This document shows, in pieces, positions 29,300 through 38,209 of a DNA stretch of 64,000 nucleotides. This stretch comes from an uncultured Cytophagales bacterium (lineage in GTDB: Bacteria > Bacteroidota > Bacteroidia > Cytophagales > JAAEPT01): positions 1,157 through 65,156 of the forward strand of contig CAZEGV010000005.1 of assembly GCA_964511645.1 (NCBI GenBank). Direction: 5' to 3'. A program made the position numbers and the translations under genes. The notes under the pieces were generated by a model that was not told the DNA's origin, did no database searches, and worked only from the letters and a program-made list of their open reading frames with translations. Each line of letters begins with the position of its first letter. Position 1 is the stretch's first letter.

Positions 29300-29446
29300 A
29301 TGGATAACGATTCATTACTCAATTTCAAAGACGATGTACTAGTTTTATTAGCCGACAACGAAATTACTTGGGTAGTAGGGTATTGTAGTAGTGAAAATAC
29401 TTGCATCACCAATGAGGATCCAACGATTTTCAAATTAGCTTTTTAA
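29300..29446 (+). pseudogene. Orphan diverged copy of the tilS 3' end (C-terminal about 48 codons only)
   Basis: It translates to MDNDSLLNFKDDVLVLLADNEITWVVGYCSSENTCITNEDPTIFKLAF*. The intact TilS C-terminus is ...KKDVLVLLSNCEIIWVVGHCSSESVRITDRKISVNCIKLV*. By manual count, nt 29333-29396 match 28146-28209 at 54 of 64 positions. Confidence 0.75.
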
Positions 29447-29455
29447 GTTTTTTTT

Positions 29456-29604
29456 GCGTGAGGGGTAGTAGTGGAAATCCTTTATTGTTATTATGATTTT
29501 GTCATATAGGGCTTGTCGAAGCATAAAAATCATAATAACAATAAAGATTGGGAACGTATAACCCGACCGCATGAGCCTTCCTTTTGGCGAATGTGGGCAA
29601 GCCC
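29456..29604 (+). repeat. Structured intergenic element, copy D (expanded middle hairpin)
   Basis: The sequence is GCGTGA-GGGGTAGTAGTGGAAATCC-[20-bp perfect stem 29481-29500/29526-29545]-GATTGGGAACGTATAACCCGAC-[hairpin]-CAAGCCC. Confidence 0.8.
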
Positions 29605-29630
29605 AAAGATTTTAAAAAAAAATGGCTAAA

Positions 29631-30686
29631 TCAGGTATATTGACTTTCGTAGTATGATTGATACTCCCCCGACACTACGTCTTCTAACCACTTCTCATTG
29701 TCCAAGTACCAAGCTACAGTCTGGTGTAACCCTTCTTCAAACTGAAGGCTTGGCATCCATCCCAAATCATCCTTTACCTTGCTTGCATCTATTGCGTAAC
29801 GCATATCATGTCCTGCTCTATCCGTTACAAATGTAATGAGTTGTTCAGAAGTACCCGCAATTCTCCCTAATTTTTCGTCCATCACCTTACAAAGTAATTT
29901 TATCAAATCAAGGTTTGTCCATTCATTCCACCCACCTATATTATACGTTTCTCCGTCTTCTCCCTGATGAAAGATAGTGTCTATCGCACGGGCATGATCT
30001 ACAACATAAAGCCAATCTCTGATGTTATCCCCTTTTCCATATATCGGTAATGGTTTGTTATTTTTTATATTATTGATGCATAGTGGTATCAATTTTTCAG
30101 GAAACTGATTAGGTCCGTAGTTATTAGAGCAGTTAGAAATAACCGTCCGTAGGCCATAAGTATTGTTATAAGCCCTTACAAAATGGTCAGAACTTGCTTT
30201 GGATGCCGAATACGGGGATTGTGGATCATAAGCTGTGGTTTCCAAAAAAAAACCTGTATCACCCAAAGATCCGTAAACTTCATCTGTAGAAACATGGTAA
30301 AACAAATGCTTGTCGCTAGATAAATCCCATAATTCTTTAGCCACGTTTAGCAGTATCGCTGTTCCTATAATATTAGTCTGGATAAATGCTAATGGATTTT
30401 CGATAGATCTATCTACGTGAGACTCTGCTGCAAGATGAATTACATAATCAATTTCATACTTTTCAAATGTTTCTTTTACTTTTGATTCATCACAAATATC
30501 CCCTTTTACAAAGACATAATTATTAGTAGTCTCTACCTCTGTTAAATTTTTAAGATTTCCTGCATAAGTAAGGGAGTCAAAATTAACAATTCTATACGTT
30601 GGATATTGCTCTACAAACAATTTCACAACATGAGAACCAATAAATCCAGCTCCTCCTGTAACTAATATATTTTTTTTAAACTTCAC
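29631..30686 (-). CDS. rfbB: dTDP-glucose 4,6-dehydratase
   Basis: 351 aa extended SDR with TGGAGFIGSH, the catalytic YSASKASSD and the typical RfbB C-terminus. Confidence 0.92.
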   Translation of the reverse strand: MKFKKNILVTGGAGFIGSHVVKLFVEQYPTYRIVNFDSLTYAGNLKNLTEVETTNNYVFVKGDICDESKVKETFEKYEIDYVIHLAAESHVDRSIENPLAFIQTNIIGTAILLNVAKELWDLSSDKHLFYHVSTDEVYGSLGDTGFFLETTAYDPQSPYSASKASSDHFVRAYNNTYGLRTVISNCSNNYGPNQFPEKLIPLCINNIKNNKPLPIYGKGDNIRDWLYVVDHARAIDTIFHQGEDGETYNIGGWNEWTNLDLIKLLCKVMDEKLGRIAGTSEQLITFVTDRAGHDMRYAIDASKVKDDLGWMPSLQFEEGLHQTVAWYLDNEKWLEDVVSGEYQSYYESQYT

Positions 30687-31707
30687 TTCCTTTTTCTTTT
30701 AAGGATAACTCCCACTTCCACGCACTATCCAGTGCTTCCTCCAAACTATATTCTGCCTCCCAATTGAGTTCTTTTTGAATCAAGCTAGCGTCAGCATATA
30801 CTGCCGTTGTATCGCCTAACCTCCTATCGCCTACTTTATAAGTTAATTTTTCTCCTGATACTTTTTCAAAAGTATTAATAACTTCAAAAACAGAATTACC
30901 ATTACCAGTTCCTACATTATATACTTTATACGATCCTTCAATTCTTTTTTTGTCTAATGCCGCTACATGGGCTTTCGCCAAGTCGGATACATGAATATAA
31001 TCACGGATACAAGAACCATCTTCAGTAGGGTAATCACTTCCAAAAACAGTTAGCTCTTTTCTCTTACCAATAGCCGTTTGTGTGATAAAAGGAATTAAAT
31101 TATTTGGAGTTCCGATTGGCAATTCACCAATCAAAGCAGAGGGGTGAGCCCCAATAGGGTTAAAATATCTTAACGCAATTACATCTAGCTGATTATTTGC
31201 TTTCACCGTATCTTCTAGTATTTCCTCACACATACTTTTTGTGTTCCCATAAGGAGATGTCGCTTGTTTCTTAGGAGTTAACTCCGTCACAGGCAAATCA
31301 TCTGGTTCTCCATAAACTGTACAAGAAGATGAAAAAACTATTTTACCCACTTGGTGTTCTTCCATTAAAGTCAACACAGTAATTAATGACCCCAAATTAT
31401 TTTGATAATACTTAAGAGGCTTATCAACAGACTCTCCTACTGCTTTATCTGCGGCAAAGTGAATCAATCCTTCTATATTTCCTTCTTTTAAGAAAACACT
31501 TGTCAACTCTGTCTTGTTATTACAATCTAACTCATAAAACGGTACTTTTACACCCAATATTTGAGTAATATTATCATAAACAAACTTAAACGAGTTTTGA
31601 AGATTGTCTATAATAATAGGCAAATAACCACTTTGATATAACGCTACAACAGTGTGTGAGCCTATAAACCCCATTCCACCAGTTACAATTATTTTTTTTC
31701 TATCCAT
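30676..31707 (-). CDS. galE: UDP-glucose 4-epimerase
   Basis: 343 aa with TGGMGFIGSH, the catalytic YGNTK and NPIGAHPS, a GalE block. Confidence 0.9.
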   Translation of the reverse strand: MDRKKIIVTGGMGFIGSHTVVALYQSGYLPIIIDNLQNSFKFVYDNITQILGVKVPFYELDCNNKTELTSVFLKEGNIEGLIHFAADKAVGESVDKPLKYYQNNLGSLITVLTLMEEHQVGKIVFSSSCTVYGEPDDLPVTELTPKKQATSPYGNTKSMCEEILEDTVKANNQLDVIALRYFNPIGAHPSALIGELPIGTPNNLIPFITQTAIGKRKELTVFGSDYPTEDGSCIRDYIHVSDLAKAHVAALDKKRIEGSYKVYNVGTGNGNSVFEVINTFEKVSGEKLTYKVGDRRLGDTTAVYADASLIQKELNWEAEYSLEEALDSAWKWELSLKEKGSEV

Positions 31708-33007
31708 TTCCTCTTCCTATACAAGTATAATCAAATCCTTTTTCTGTCATTTTATCGGCATCATATAAATTTCTCCCATCAAAAATAACTTTAGAGGGCA
31801 TTTTTGAAACTATTTTATTAAAGTCTGGCGTCCTAAATACTGACCACTCTGTTACTATCAGTAAAGCATCAGCTCCCTCCAATACGTCATACATATTTTT
31901 AGCATAAGCGATTTTATCCCCAATAGTTATTTTTATATTCGGCATCCCTTCTGGGTCATAAGCAGTAATTATAGCTCCTGCCTCTACCAATTTATCTATC
32001 ATATACAAAGCTGGCGCTTCTCTAATGTCATCAGTATTTGGTTTAAATGCTAAACCCCACATTGCTATTTTTTTTCCTTTTAAATTGCCACCAAAATGAT
32101 TGAGTATTGTCGGAAATAATTTTGTTTTTTGACTATGATTAACTTCTGTAACGGCATTCAAAATTTTAAAATCGTAATCATTATCTTCTGATATTTTAGA
32201 CAATGCCATCACATCTTTTGGAAAACAACTTCCGCCATATCCAATCCCTGCAAATAAGAATCTCATACCAATACGACTATCCGTTCCAATCCCTTTACGC
32301 ACATTCTCGACATCAGCCCCAACCTTTTCTGCTAAGTTAGCAATCTCATTCATAAAAGTAATTTTTGTAGCCAAAAATGCATTAGCAGCATATTTAGTCA
32401 ATTCCGCAGACTTTATATCCATAAAGATAATCGGATGCCCCTGACGCACAAACGGAGCGTATAGCTCTCCCATCACTTTTTCTGCTACCTCAGTCTCCCT
32501 ACCAATCACTACACGATCTGGTTTTAAAAAATCATTGACAGCAGCTCCCTCTCTTAAGAATTCAGGATTAGATACTACATCAAAATCCACACTACAATTA
32601 GCCGAAATTTCAGCCTTCACCAAATCTGCTGTCCCTACTGGCACAGTTGATTTATCTACAATTACCGTATATTTTTTTAGCAAAGGTCCCAAGTCTTTGG
32701 CAACTCCTAGTATATATTTCAAGTCGGCACTTCCATCTTCACCTGGCGGTGTAGGTAATGCCAGAAAAATAATTTTAGCATCTTTAATTCCCTCTTCCAA
32801 AGAAGTCGTAAATTGTAGTCTTCCTTGTTTAATATTTCTTTCAAAAAGAACTTCCAGGCCTGGCTCATAAATAGGAATTACCCCATTACGCATTTTTTCA
32901 ACCTTAGCTTTATCTATGTCTACACAAATGACATCATTACCTGTTTCGGCAAAACACGTACCTGTTACCAAACCCACATATCCTGTTCCTACTACTGCTA
33001 TTTTCAT
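31700..33007 (-). CDS. ugd: UDP-glucose 6-dehydrogenase family protein
   Basis: 435 aa with VVGTGYVGLVTG, the catalytic GGSCFPKD and AFKPNTDDIREAP. Confidence 0.9.
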   Translation of the reverse strand: MKIAVVGTGYVGLVTGTCFAETGNDVICVDIDKAKVEKMRNGVIPIYEPGLEVLFERNIKQGRLQFTTSLEEGIKDAKIIFLALPTPPGEDGSADLKYILGVAKDLGPLLKKYTVIVDKSTVPVGTADLVKAEISANCSVDFDVVSNPEFLREGAAVNDFLKPDRVVIGRETEVAEKVMGELYAPFVRQGHPIIFMDIKSAELTKYAANAFLATKITFMNEIANLAEKVGADVENVRKGIGTDSRIGMRFLFAGIGYGGSCFPKDVMALSKISEDNDYDFKILNAVTEVNHSQKTKLFPTILNHFGGNLKGKKIAMWGLAFKPNTDDIREAPALYMIDKLVEAGAIITAYDPEGMPNIKITIGDKIAYAKNMYDVLEGADALLIVTEWSVFRTPDFNKIVSKMPSKVIFDGRNLYDADKMTEKGFDYTCIGRGNG

Positions 33008-33159
33008 ACTTCTTATTGCTATCTGAAAGATTATAAATTACAAAGCCTAAATTTCGCACATTAAGCCCTTAATCACAAATCGAACTACTTTTTTTTGAAA
33101 CAATACAATATAACTTCAAAAATATTATGGAAAATCTTTCTTTATTCTTAACAATCCTT

Positions 33160-33167
33160 TATATTTG
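33160..33167 (+). promoter_or_regulatory. Candidate -7 box TATATTTG for rpsU
   Basis: It matches TAnnTTTG and lies 25 nt upstream of ATG 33192. Confidence 0.4.
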
Positions 33168-33191
33168 CAACCCTTTAAAAATGGAAATAAG

Positions 33192-33386
33192 ATGATTGTA
33201 GTAAACGTAAAAGACAACGAGTCAATAGAAAGAGCATTAAAGAGATTCAAAAAGAAATTTGAAAAAACTGGTGCACTTAGAGAGCTTAGAAGAAGAACTG
33301 CTTATAAAAAGAAATCTGTTACAGATAGAGAGCAACTGATTAAAGCAAGATATAAAGAAGGATACAGAAACGGAACTAGAATTTAA
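33192..33386 (+). CDS. rpsU: 30S ribosomal protein S21
   Basis: MIVVNVKDNESIERALKRFKKKFEKTGALRELRRRTAYKKKS... is a canonical S21 sequence. ATG 33192 is preferred over the TTG at 33165 given in the ORF track. Confidence 0.9.
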   Translation: MIVVNVKDNESIERALKRFKKKFEKTGALRELRRRTAYKKKSVTDREQLIKARYKEGYRNGTRI

Positions 33387-33449
33387 ATAGTTTTTCTCCT
33401 TATTTTTCCATATATTTAGTAGGTAACCTAAGAAGTATCTACTAAGTAT

Positions 33450-34355
33450 ATGATTAATAGATTTATATCTTTTTTAACTTTTGAAAAGCGATATAGTCCG
33501 CATACTATAGAAGCATATCGAAGAGATATAGCTCAGTTGAAGCAGTACAATAAAGATTTTTTTCAATTAGATGATTTAGCATCTGCTAGTCATAACGAAA
33601 TTCGTGCGTGGGTAATTCAAATGATGGACAAAAACCTAGAAAGCTCTTCCATTAATCGCAAGATGTCTTCTGTCAAGACATATTATAATTTTTTATTGAG
33701 AGAGGAGATCATAACTAAAGACCCTACTTCCAAGATTAAAAAAATAAAATCGAAGAAAAAAATCCCACAATTTATTCCAGAAAACTCTTTACAGAAAAAA
33801 CTACAGGAATACACTGGTACTTTAAATAAAGAAAAGCACTCCTTAGACTCGTTTCATGCTTGTAGAAATCTATTTTGCATAGAATTACTTTATAATACAG
33901 GCATACGACTATCAGAAGCCGTAAAGCTAAGCCATTCAAACATTTCCATTCCGAAAAGTCAAATAAAAGTTCTCGGAAAAGGCAATAAAGAACGTATTAT
34001 TCCGCTTAGTAATAGTATGGCAAACACTTTAACCATTTATCTTTTAAAAAAAGAAAACGAATTTAAAGAAAAAAACCCTACACTCATCGTAACCGACAAA
34101 GGAAAAAAAACGTATGCTATGCATATACAATCAATTGTAAAAGACTTCCTCCATCAAGAGAAGAGCGTAAAACAAAAAAGTCCACATACTTTGCGACACA
34201 GTTTTGCTACTCATCTTTTAAACAACGGAGCAGACCTCAATGCAATTAAAGAGTTATTAGGGCACGCAAGCTTGGCAGCAACCCAGATTTACACCCATAA
34301 CTCTATTGAAAAACTAAAGAATGCTTTTGATCAAGCACATCCAAAGGCAAAATAG
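33450..34355 (+). CDS. Tyrosine recombinase, XerC/XerD family
   Basis: 301 aa with an N-terminal SAM-like core-binding domain (TIEAYRRDIAQL) and catalytic residues in TGIRLSEA ... HTLRHSFATHLL ... ATQIYTH. The rpsU-xer-hpf position is conserved in Bacteroidota. Confidence 0.85.
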   Translation: MINRFISFLTFEKRYSPHTIEAYRRDIAQLKQYNKDFFQLDDLASASHNEIRAWVIQMMDKNLESSSINRKMSSVKTYYNFLLREEIITKDPTSKIKKIKSKKKIPQFIPENSLQKKLQEYTGTLNKEKHSLDSFHACRNLFCIELLYNTGIRLSEAVKLSHSNISIPKSQIKVLGKGNKERIIPLSNSMANTLTIYLLKKENEFKEKNPTLIVTDKGKKTYAMHIQSIVKDFLHQEKSVKQKSPHTLRHSFATHLLNNGADLNAIKELLGHASLAATQIYTHNSIEKLKNAFDQAHPKAK

Positions 34356-34387
34356 CACAATGTTTCACCCATAAAAAAAGATAAACT

Positions 34388-34675
34388 ATGAAATTACAAA
34401 TCAGTTCTTTAAAATTTGATGCCGACGAAAAACTTCTTGACTACATCCAAAAAAAAACAGACAAACTAGAAACTTTTCATGATAAAATCATTGACGGGGA
34501 AGTTAGTCTCAAGCTTAATAAAAATGAAATGAGAGAAAACAAAACCGTTGATTTAAAAGTAAGAATCCCTGGTGCATCATTATTTGCCAGCGAGCAAAAA
34601 GCATCTTTTGAAGCAGCAACAGAAGAAGCTGTAGAATCTATCAGAAGACAATTAAGAAAACAAAAAGGGAAATAA
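34388..34675 (+). CDS. hpf: Ribosome hibernation promoting factor / RaiA family (short form)
   Basis: 95 aa S30AE/sigma-54-modulation family pattern (MKLQISSLKFDADEKLLDYIQKK..KL ... ASFEAATEEAVESIRRQLRK). Confidence 0.8.
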   Translation: MKLQISSLKFDADEKLLDYIQKKTDKLETFHDKIIDGEVSLKLNKNEMRENKTVDLKVRIPGASLFASEQKASFEAATEEAVESIRRQLRKQKGK

Positions 34676-34695
34676 ACACAACGATTTTACAAACT

Positions 34696-34726
34696 AAAAA
34701 AGGCTTCCAAATGGAAGCCTTTTTTA
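34696..34726. terminator. Bidirectional rho-independent terminator between hpf and fbaA
   Basis: AGGCTTCC (34701-34708), loop AAAT, GGAAGCCT (34713-34720). It is flanked by an A-run upstream and a T-run downstream. Confidence 0.8.
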
Positions 34727-34750
34727 TTAATTTTATTTTTATCTAATCAA

Positions 34751-35833
34751 TTATCCTTGATTAGTATTCACATTGTTCAATTCTTCAAATGTACGTTTAA
34801 GGCGAATCACAAAAGCTTCTTCTGCTTTTCTTAACCAAGCACGTGGGTCATAGAATTTCTTATTTGGCTCATCAGCAGCATTAGGGTTACCAATTTGAGC
34901 TTGTAAGAAATCGTGGTTTGTAGCTTCATAAGCTCTAACACCATCCCAAGTAGCCCATTGCATATCCGTATCAATGTTCATTTTGATACTTCCGTAAGAA
35001 ATAGCTTCTCTGATTTCATCAACTGTAGAGCCTGAACCACCGTGGAATACAAAATTCACTGGTTTCTCTCCTATACCAAATTTTTCTTGAATGTATTTTT
35101 GAGAATTATCTAAAATAGTTGGAGTCAACTTTACATTACCTGGCTTATACACACCATGTACGTTACCAAATGATGCCGCAATAGTAAAGTTTGGACTTAC
35201 TTCTAATAATTCTTTATAAGAATAAGCAACTTCTTCTGGCTGAGTATATAGTTTAGAATCATCTACTTCAGAGTTATCTACACCATCTTCTTCACCACCT
35301 GTGATACCTAGTTCTATTTCTAAAGTCATCCCCATCTTAGACATACGCTCTAAGTATCCTTTACAGATAGAAATATTTTCTTCTAATGGTTCTTCAGATA
35401 AATCAATCATATGAGAAGAAAACAAAGGCTTACCTGTTGCTGCAAATTCTTTTTCTGAAGCGTCAAGAAGACCGTCAATCCAAGGAAGTAATTTTTTAGC
35501 ACAATGATCAGTATGTAAGATAACTGTTACACCATACGCTTTAGCTAATTCATGTACATGCTTAGCACCAGAGATAGATCCTAATATTGCTCTCGTATGA
35601 GAATCAACATCTAAGCCTTTACCAGCATAAAACTGTCCACCACCATTAGAAAACTGGATGATAACAAGAGAATTTAACTTTGCAGCTGTTTCTAATACTG
35701 CATTTATAGAATTTGTACCTATTACGTTAACCGCAGGAAGTGCAAAATTATTTGCCTTAGCATAAGCAAAAATTTCTGATACTGTTTCCCCAGTAGCTAC
35801 ACCAGGCTTAAATTTTGTGTTTACTGCACTCAT
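34751..35833 (-). CDS. fbaA: Class II fructose-bisphosphate aldolase
   Basis: 360 aa long class IIa type, with HTDHC, FSSHMIDLSEE and the zinc-ligand regions HGVYK and FVFHGGSGS. Confidence 0.92.
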   Translation of the reverse strand: MSAVNTKFKPGVATGETVSEIFAYAKANNFALPAVNVIGTNSINAVLETAAKLNSLVIIQFSNGGGQFYAGKGLDVDSHTRAILGSISGAKHVHELAKAYGVTVILHTDHCAKKLLPWIDGLLDASEKEFAATGKPLFSSHMIDLSEEPLEENISICKGYLERMSKMGMTLEIELGITGGEEDGVDNSEVDDSKLYTQPEEVAYSYKELLEVSPNFTIAASFGNVHGVYKPGNVKLTPTILDNSQKYIQEKFGIGEKPVNFVFHGGSGSTVDEIREAISYGSIKMNIDTDMQWATWDGVRAYEATNHDFLQAQIGNPNAADEPNKKFYDPRAWLRKAEEAFVIRLKRTFEELNNVNTNQG

Positions 35834-35864
35834 GATTGTAATGTTTATTTAATTTACTAAGCAA

Positions 35865-35872
35865 CAAAAATA
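35865..35872 (-). promoter_or_regulatory. Candidate -7 box TATTTTTG for fbaA
   Basis: The minus strand reads TATTTTTG (TAnnTTTG) about 32 nt upstream of ATG 35833. Confidence 0.35.
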
Positions 35873-35972
35873 AACTATATTAAGCTAATCCCAAAAATAG
35901 AACAGAATTATATTATCCTATAAGCCAGTATTTACCCACAACACCCCCCACCATAATTGATTAAGGATATTA

Positions 35973-37277
35973 TCACCCATTTTTTAATAACCAGTCTTTA
36001 AATTCTCCAAAATCTTTAGACATCGGAATTGATACTTTTTCTTTATTAACAATATCCTTAAGCCTCTTAGGCAGTTCTATTTCTTCTCCTATTACATCTT
36101 CTATAATGTCTGCAAACTTAGATGGGTGAGCGGTAGACAAGAAAACACCATTTCCATCAAAGCCACTTTCTTTCATATAATCACTTAATCCTAAAAATGC
36201 AACTGCTGTATGAGGACACATTATATACCCTGTCTTATCATATACCTTTTTTACCGCATAAAGCGTAATTTCATCATTATATGATTTTCCTGTCACTTTA
36301 CTTTTCGCAAGAGCATAATCATTGCCATGCAAAGCCAAAAAGCGAGAAAAGTTACTAGGATTACCTACATCCATAGCGTTGGAAACGGTAGCAACAGAAG
36401 GCTGAGGCTCAAACAAGCCTGTTTTCAAGTAACTAGGTACAATATCATTGGCATTAGTTGCTACTACAAAATGGTCAAAAGGCAAGCCCATTTCACGAGC
36501 AATCATACCTCCACAGATATTTCCAAAATTACCACTCGGCACACAAAACACTGTTTTCTTATTTGTTTTTTTTAACCTAGAATAAGCATAAGCATAATAA
36601 AAGGACTGAGGAATTAATCGAGCAATATTAATTGAATTAGCAGAACTAAGGTTTAGCTTTTCATTTAACTCTTTATCCAAAAAAGCCTGTTTCACTAATG
36701 CTTGGCAATCATCAAAAACACCATCTATTTCTAAGGCTGTAATGTTTTTTCCTAAAGTCGTTAATTGTTTTTCTTGATTAAGAGATACTTTTCCAGATGG
36801 ATAAAGAATAGTTACCTTAATACCTTTAGCATCTAAAAAACCTTGTGCCACAGCACTCCCTGTGTCTCCAGAGGTTGCCACCAGAATATTAATCTCTTTA
36901 TCTTCTTTTTGTAAATAATAAGACATCAAACGTGACATAAACCTAGCTCCAAAATCCTTAAACGCTAGTGAGGGTCCGTGAAAAAGTTCTAGGCAAAACA
37001 TTTTGTCTGTAACAGGAATTAAAGGTGCGTCAAAATCAATCGCATCTTTGATGATCTCAGCAATATCCTCATCTGGAATCTCTCCTTGTATTAATGTTTT
37101 CGTAATCTCGTATGCAATAGTTTGAAAATCATATTTTTCAATATTTTCAATAAACTCTTTATCCAATTTTGGGATTGTAGTAGGCATATACAAACCATTG
37201 TCCGCAGGTAAACCCTGAAAAACTGCTTGCTTTAAATTCACATTCTCAACCTTTCCGTTCGTACTATATAATTCCAT
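35973..37277 (-). CDS. thrC: Threonine synthase
   Basis: 434 aa with the PLP-lysine block HGPSLAFKDFG and ATSGDTGSA. It is the last gene of thrABC. Confidence 0.9.
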   Translation of the reverse strand: MELYSTNGKVENVNLKQAVFQGLPADNGLYMPTTIPKLDKEFIENIEKYDFQTIAYEITKTLIQGEIPDEDIAEIIKDAIDFDAPLIPVTDKMFCLELFHGPSLAFKDFGARFMSRLMSYYLQKEDKEINILVATSGDTGSAVAQGFLDAKGIKVTILYPSGKVSLNQEKQLTTLGKNITALEIDGVFDDCQALVKQAFLDKELNEKLNLSSANSINIARLIPQSFYYAYAYSRLKKTNKKTVFCVPSGNFGNICGGMIAREMGLPFDHFVVATNANDIVPSYLKTGLFEPQPSVATVSNAMDVGNPSNFSRFLALHGNDYALAKSKVTGKSYNDEITLYAVKKVYDKTGYIMCPHTAVAFLGLSDYMKESGFDGNGVFLSTAHPSKFADIIEDVIGEEIELPKRLKDIVNKEKVSIPMSKDFGEFKDWLLKNG

Positions 37278-38209
37278 TATTTCATGATTTTAGGTCCTTC
37301 CGAGTTTACTTTACTAATAAACACTTCACTTTTTATATTAAGCTCATTATACACCGAACTCATTTTTCTTCCTATTTTTTTGGCTATTGCCAAATCTGTG
37401 CTTAACGCAAAAATTGACGGCCCACTACCTGATATACTACAACCTAATGCACCTGCCCTTAATGCTTCTGCCTTGGCTAAATCAAATCCTGGGATTAACA
37501 ATGAACGAATAGGTTCTACAATATTATCTGTAAGCGATCTACCAATAAGTTCATAATCTTCACGATAAATTCCTGAGATTAAGCCACCAAGGTTACCCCA
37601 TTGACTTACAGCATCTTTCAATTCTATTTGTTTCCTTAAGATGTTTCTAGCATCTTTTGTCTTCACTTCTATATGAGGATGAATAATAGTAGCGTGTAAT
37701 TTGTTAGGCGTTGGTAATTGCACAATATCTAACGGATTATAACTTCTCACTAACACAAAACCTCCCATCAAGGCAGGAGCTACATTATCTGCATGAGCTG
37801 ACCCACAAGCTAGACGTTCGCCTTCCATCGCAAACCGAAGTAAGTCAACCTGATCAAGAGGTTTACCCAAAAGCTCATTTAGGGCATAAACCCCTACTAC
37901 CGAACTAGCGGCACTAGAGCCTAATCCACTCTTTAGTGGCATTCCTTTTCTCAAAGCAATTTTAACCCCTAATTGCTCTTCTCCAATTGCTTTTAAATAT
38001 TCCGAAATCACTAAACTTACCGTGTTTTGACTCGCTTCTAAAGGTAATTTTCCTTCATCCCCAGTAATCGACTCAATAATAATCCCTGGCTCATCTGCTA
38101 GTGTGATAGTAACACTATCACCGGGTTGCTCCACAGCAAAACCTAATACATCAAAACCACAAGCTACATTAGCTACAGTAGCGGGAGCAAATGCTTGAAT
38201 GCTTTTCAT
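37277..38209 (-). CDS. thrB: Homoserine kinase
   Basis: 310 aa GHMP kinase with motif II GMPLKSGLGSSAAS. Its start and stop overlap the neighbouring thr genes. Confidence 0.9.
   Translation of the reverse strand: MKSIQAFAPATVANVACGFDVLGFAVEQPGDSVTITLADEPGIIIESITGDEGKLPLEASQNTVSLVISEYLKAIGEEQLGVKIALRKGMPLKSGLGSSAASSVVGVYALNELLGKPLDQVDLLRFAMEGERLACGSAHADNVAPALMGGFVLVRSYNPLDIVQLPTPNKLHATIIHPHIEVKTKDARNILRKQIELKDAVSQWGNLGGLISGIYREDYELIGRSLTDNIVEPIRSLLIPGFDLAKAEALRAGALGCSISGSGPSIFALSTDLAIAKKIGRKMSSVYNELNIKSEVFISKVNSEGPKIMK

Noticed and set aside
29143-29433. 96-aa minus-strand ORF spanning the HNH stop, the 24-bp hairpin and the orphan tilS fragment
   Set aside because: It reads through a perfect hairpin and is antisense to the tilS-homologous fragment. 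It has a Ser/Leu-rich low-complexity translation and no start context, so it is better explained by the plus-strand features.
28406-29604. HNH gene plus adjacent structured repeat as an IscB/HEARO (omega-RNA) type system
   Set aside because: The protein is only 258 aa and shows no RuvC motifs. The structured element lies downstream rather than upstream, is about 150 nt, and its four other copies are not linked to any HNH gene.
29631-33007. rfbB-galE-ugd as an O-antigen or capsule island
   Set aside because: Only three nucleotide-sugar enzymes are present. There are no glycosyltransferases, flippase, polymerase or chain-length genes in the window, so the region is treated as ordinary metabolism.
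33450-34355. The tyrosine recombinase as the integrase of a mobile element or of the HNH cassette
   Set aside because: It sits in the rpsU-recombinase-hpf arrangement that I recall as conserved housekeeping synteny in Bacteroidota. It is 4 kb from the cassette with core sugar-nucleotide genes between them, and I saw no flanking direct repeats around it.
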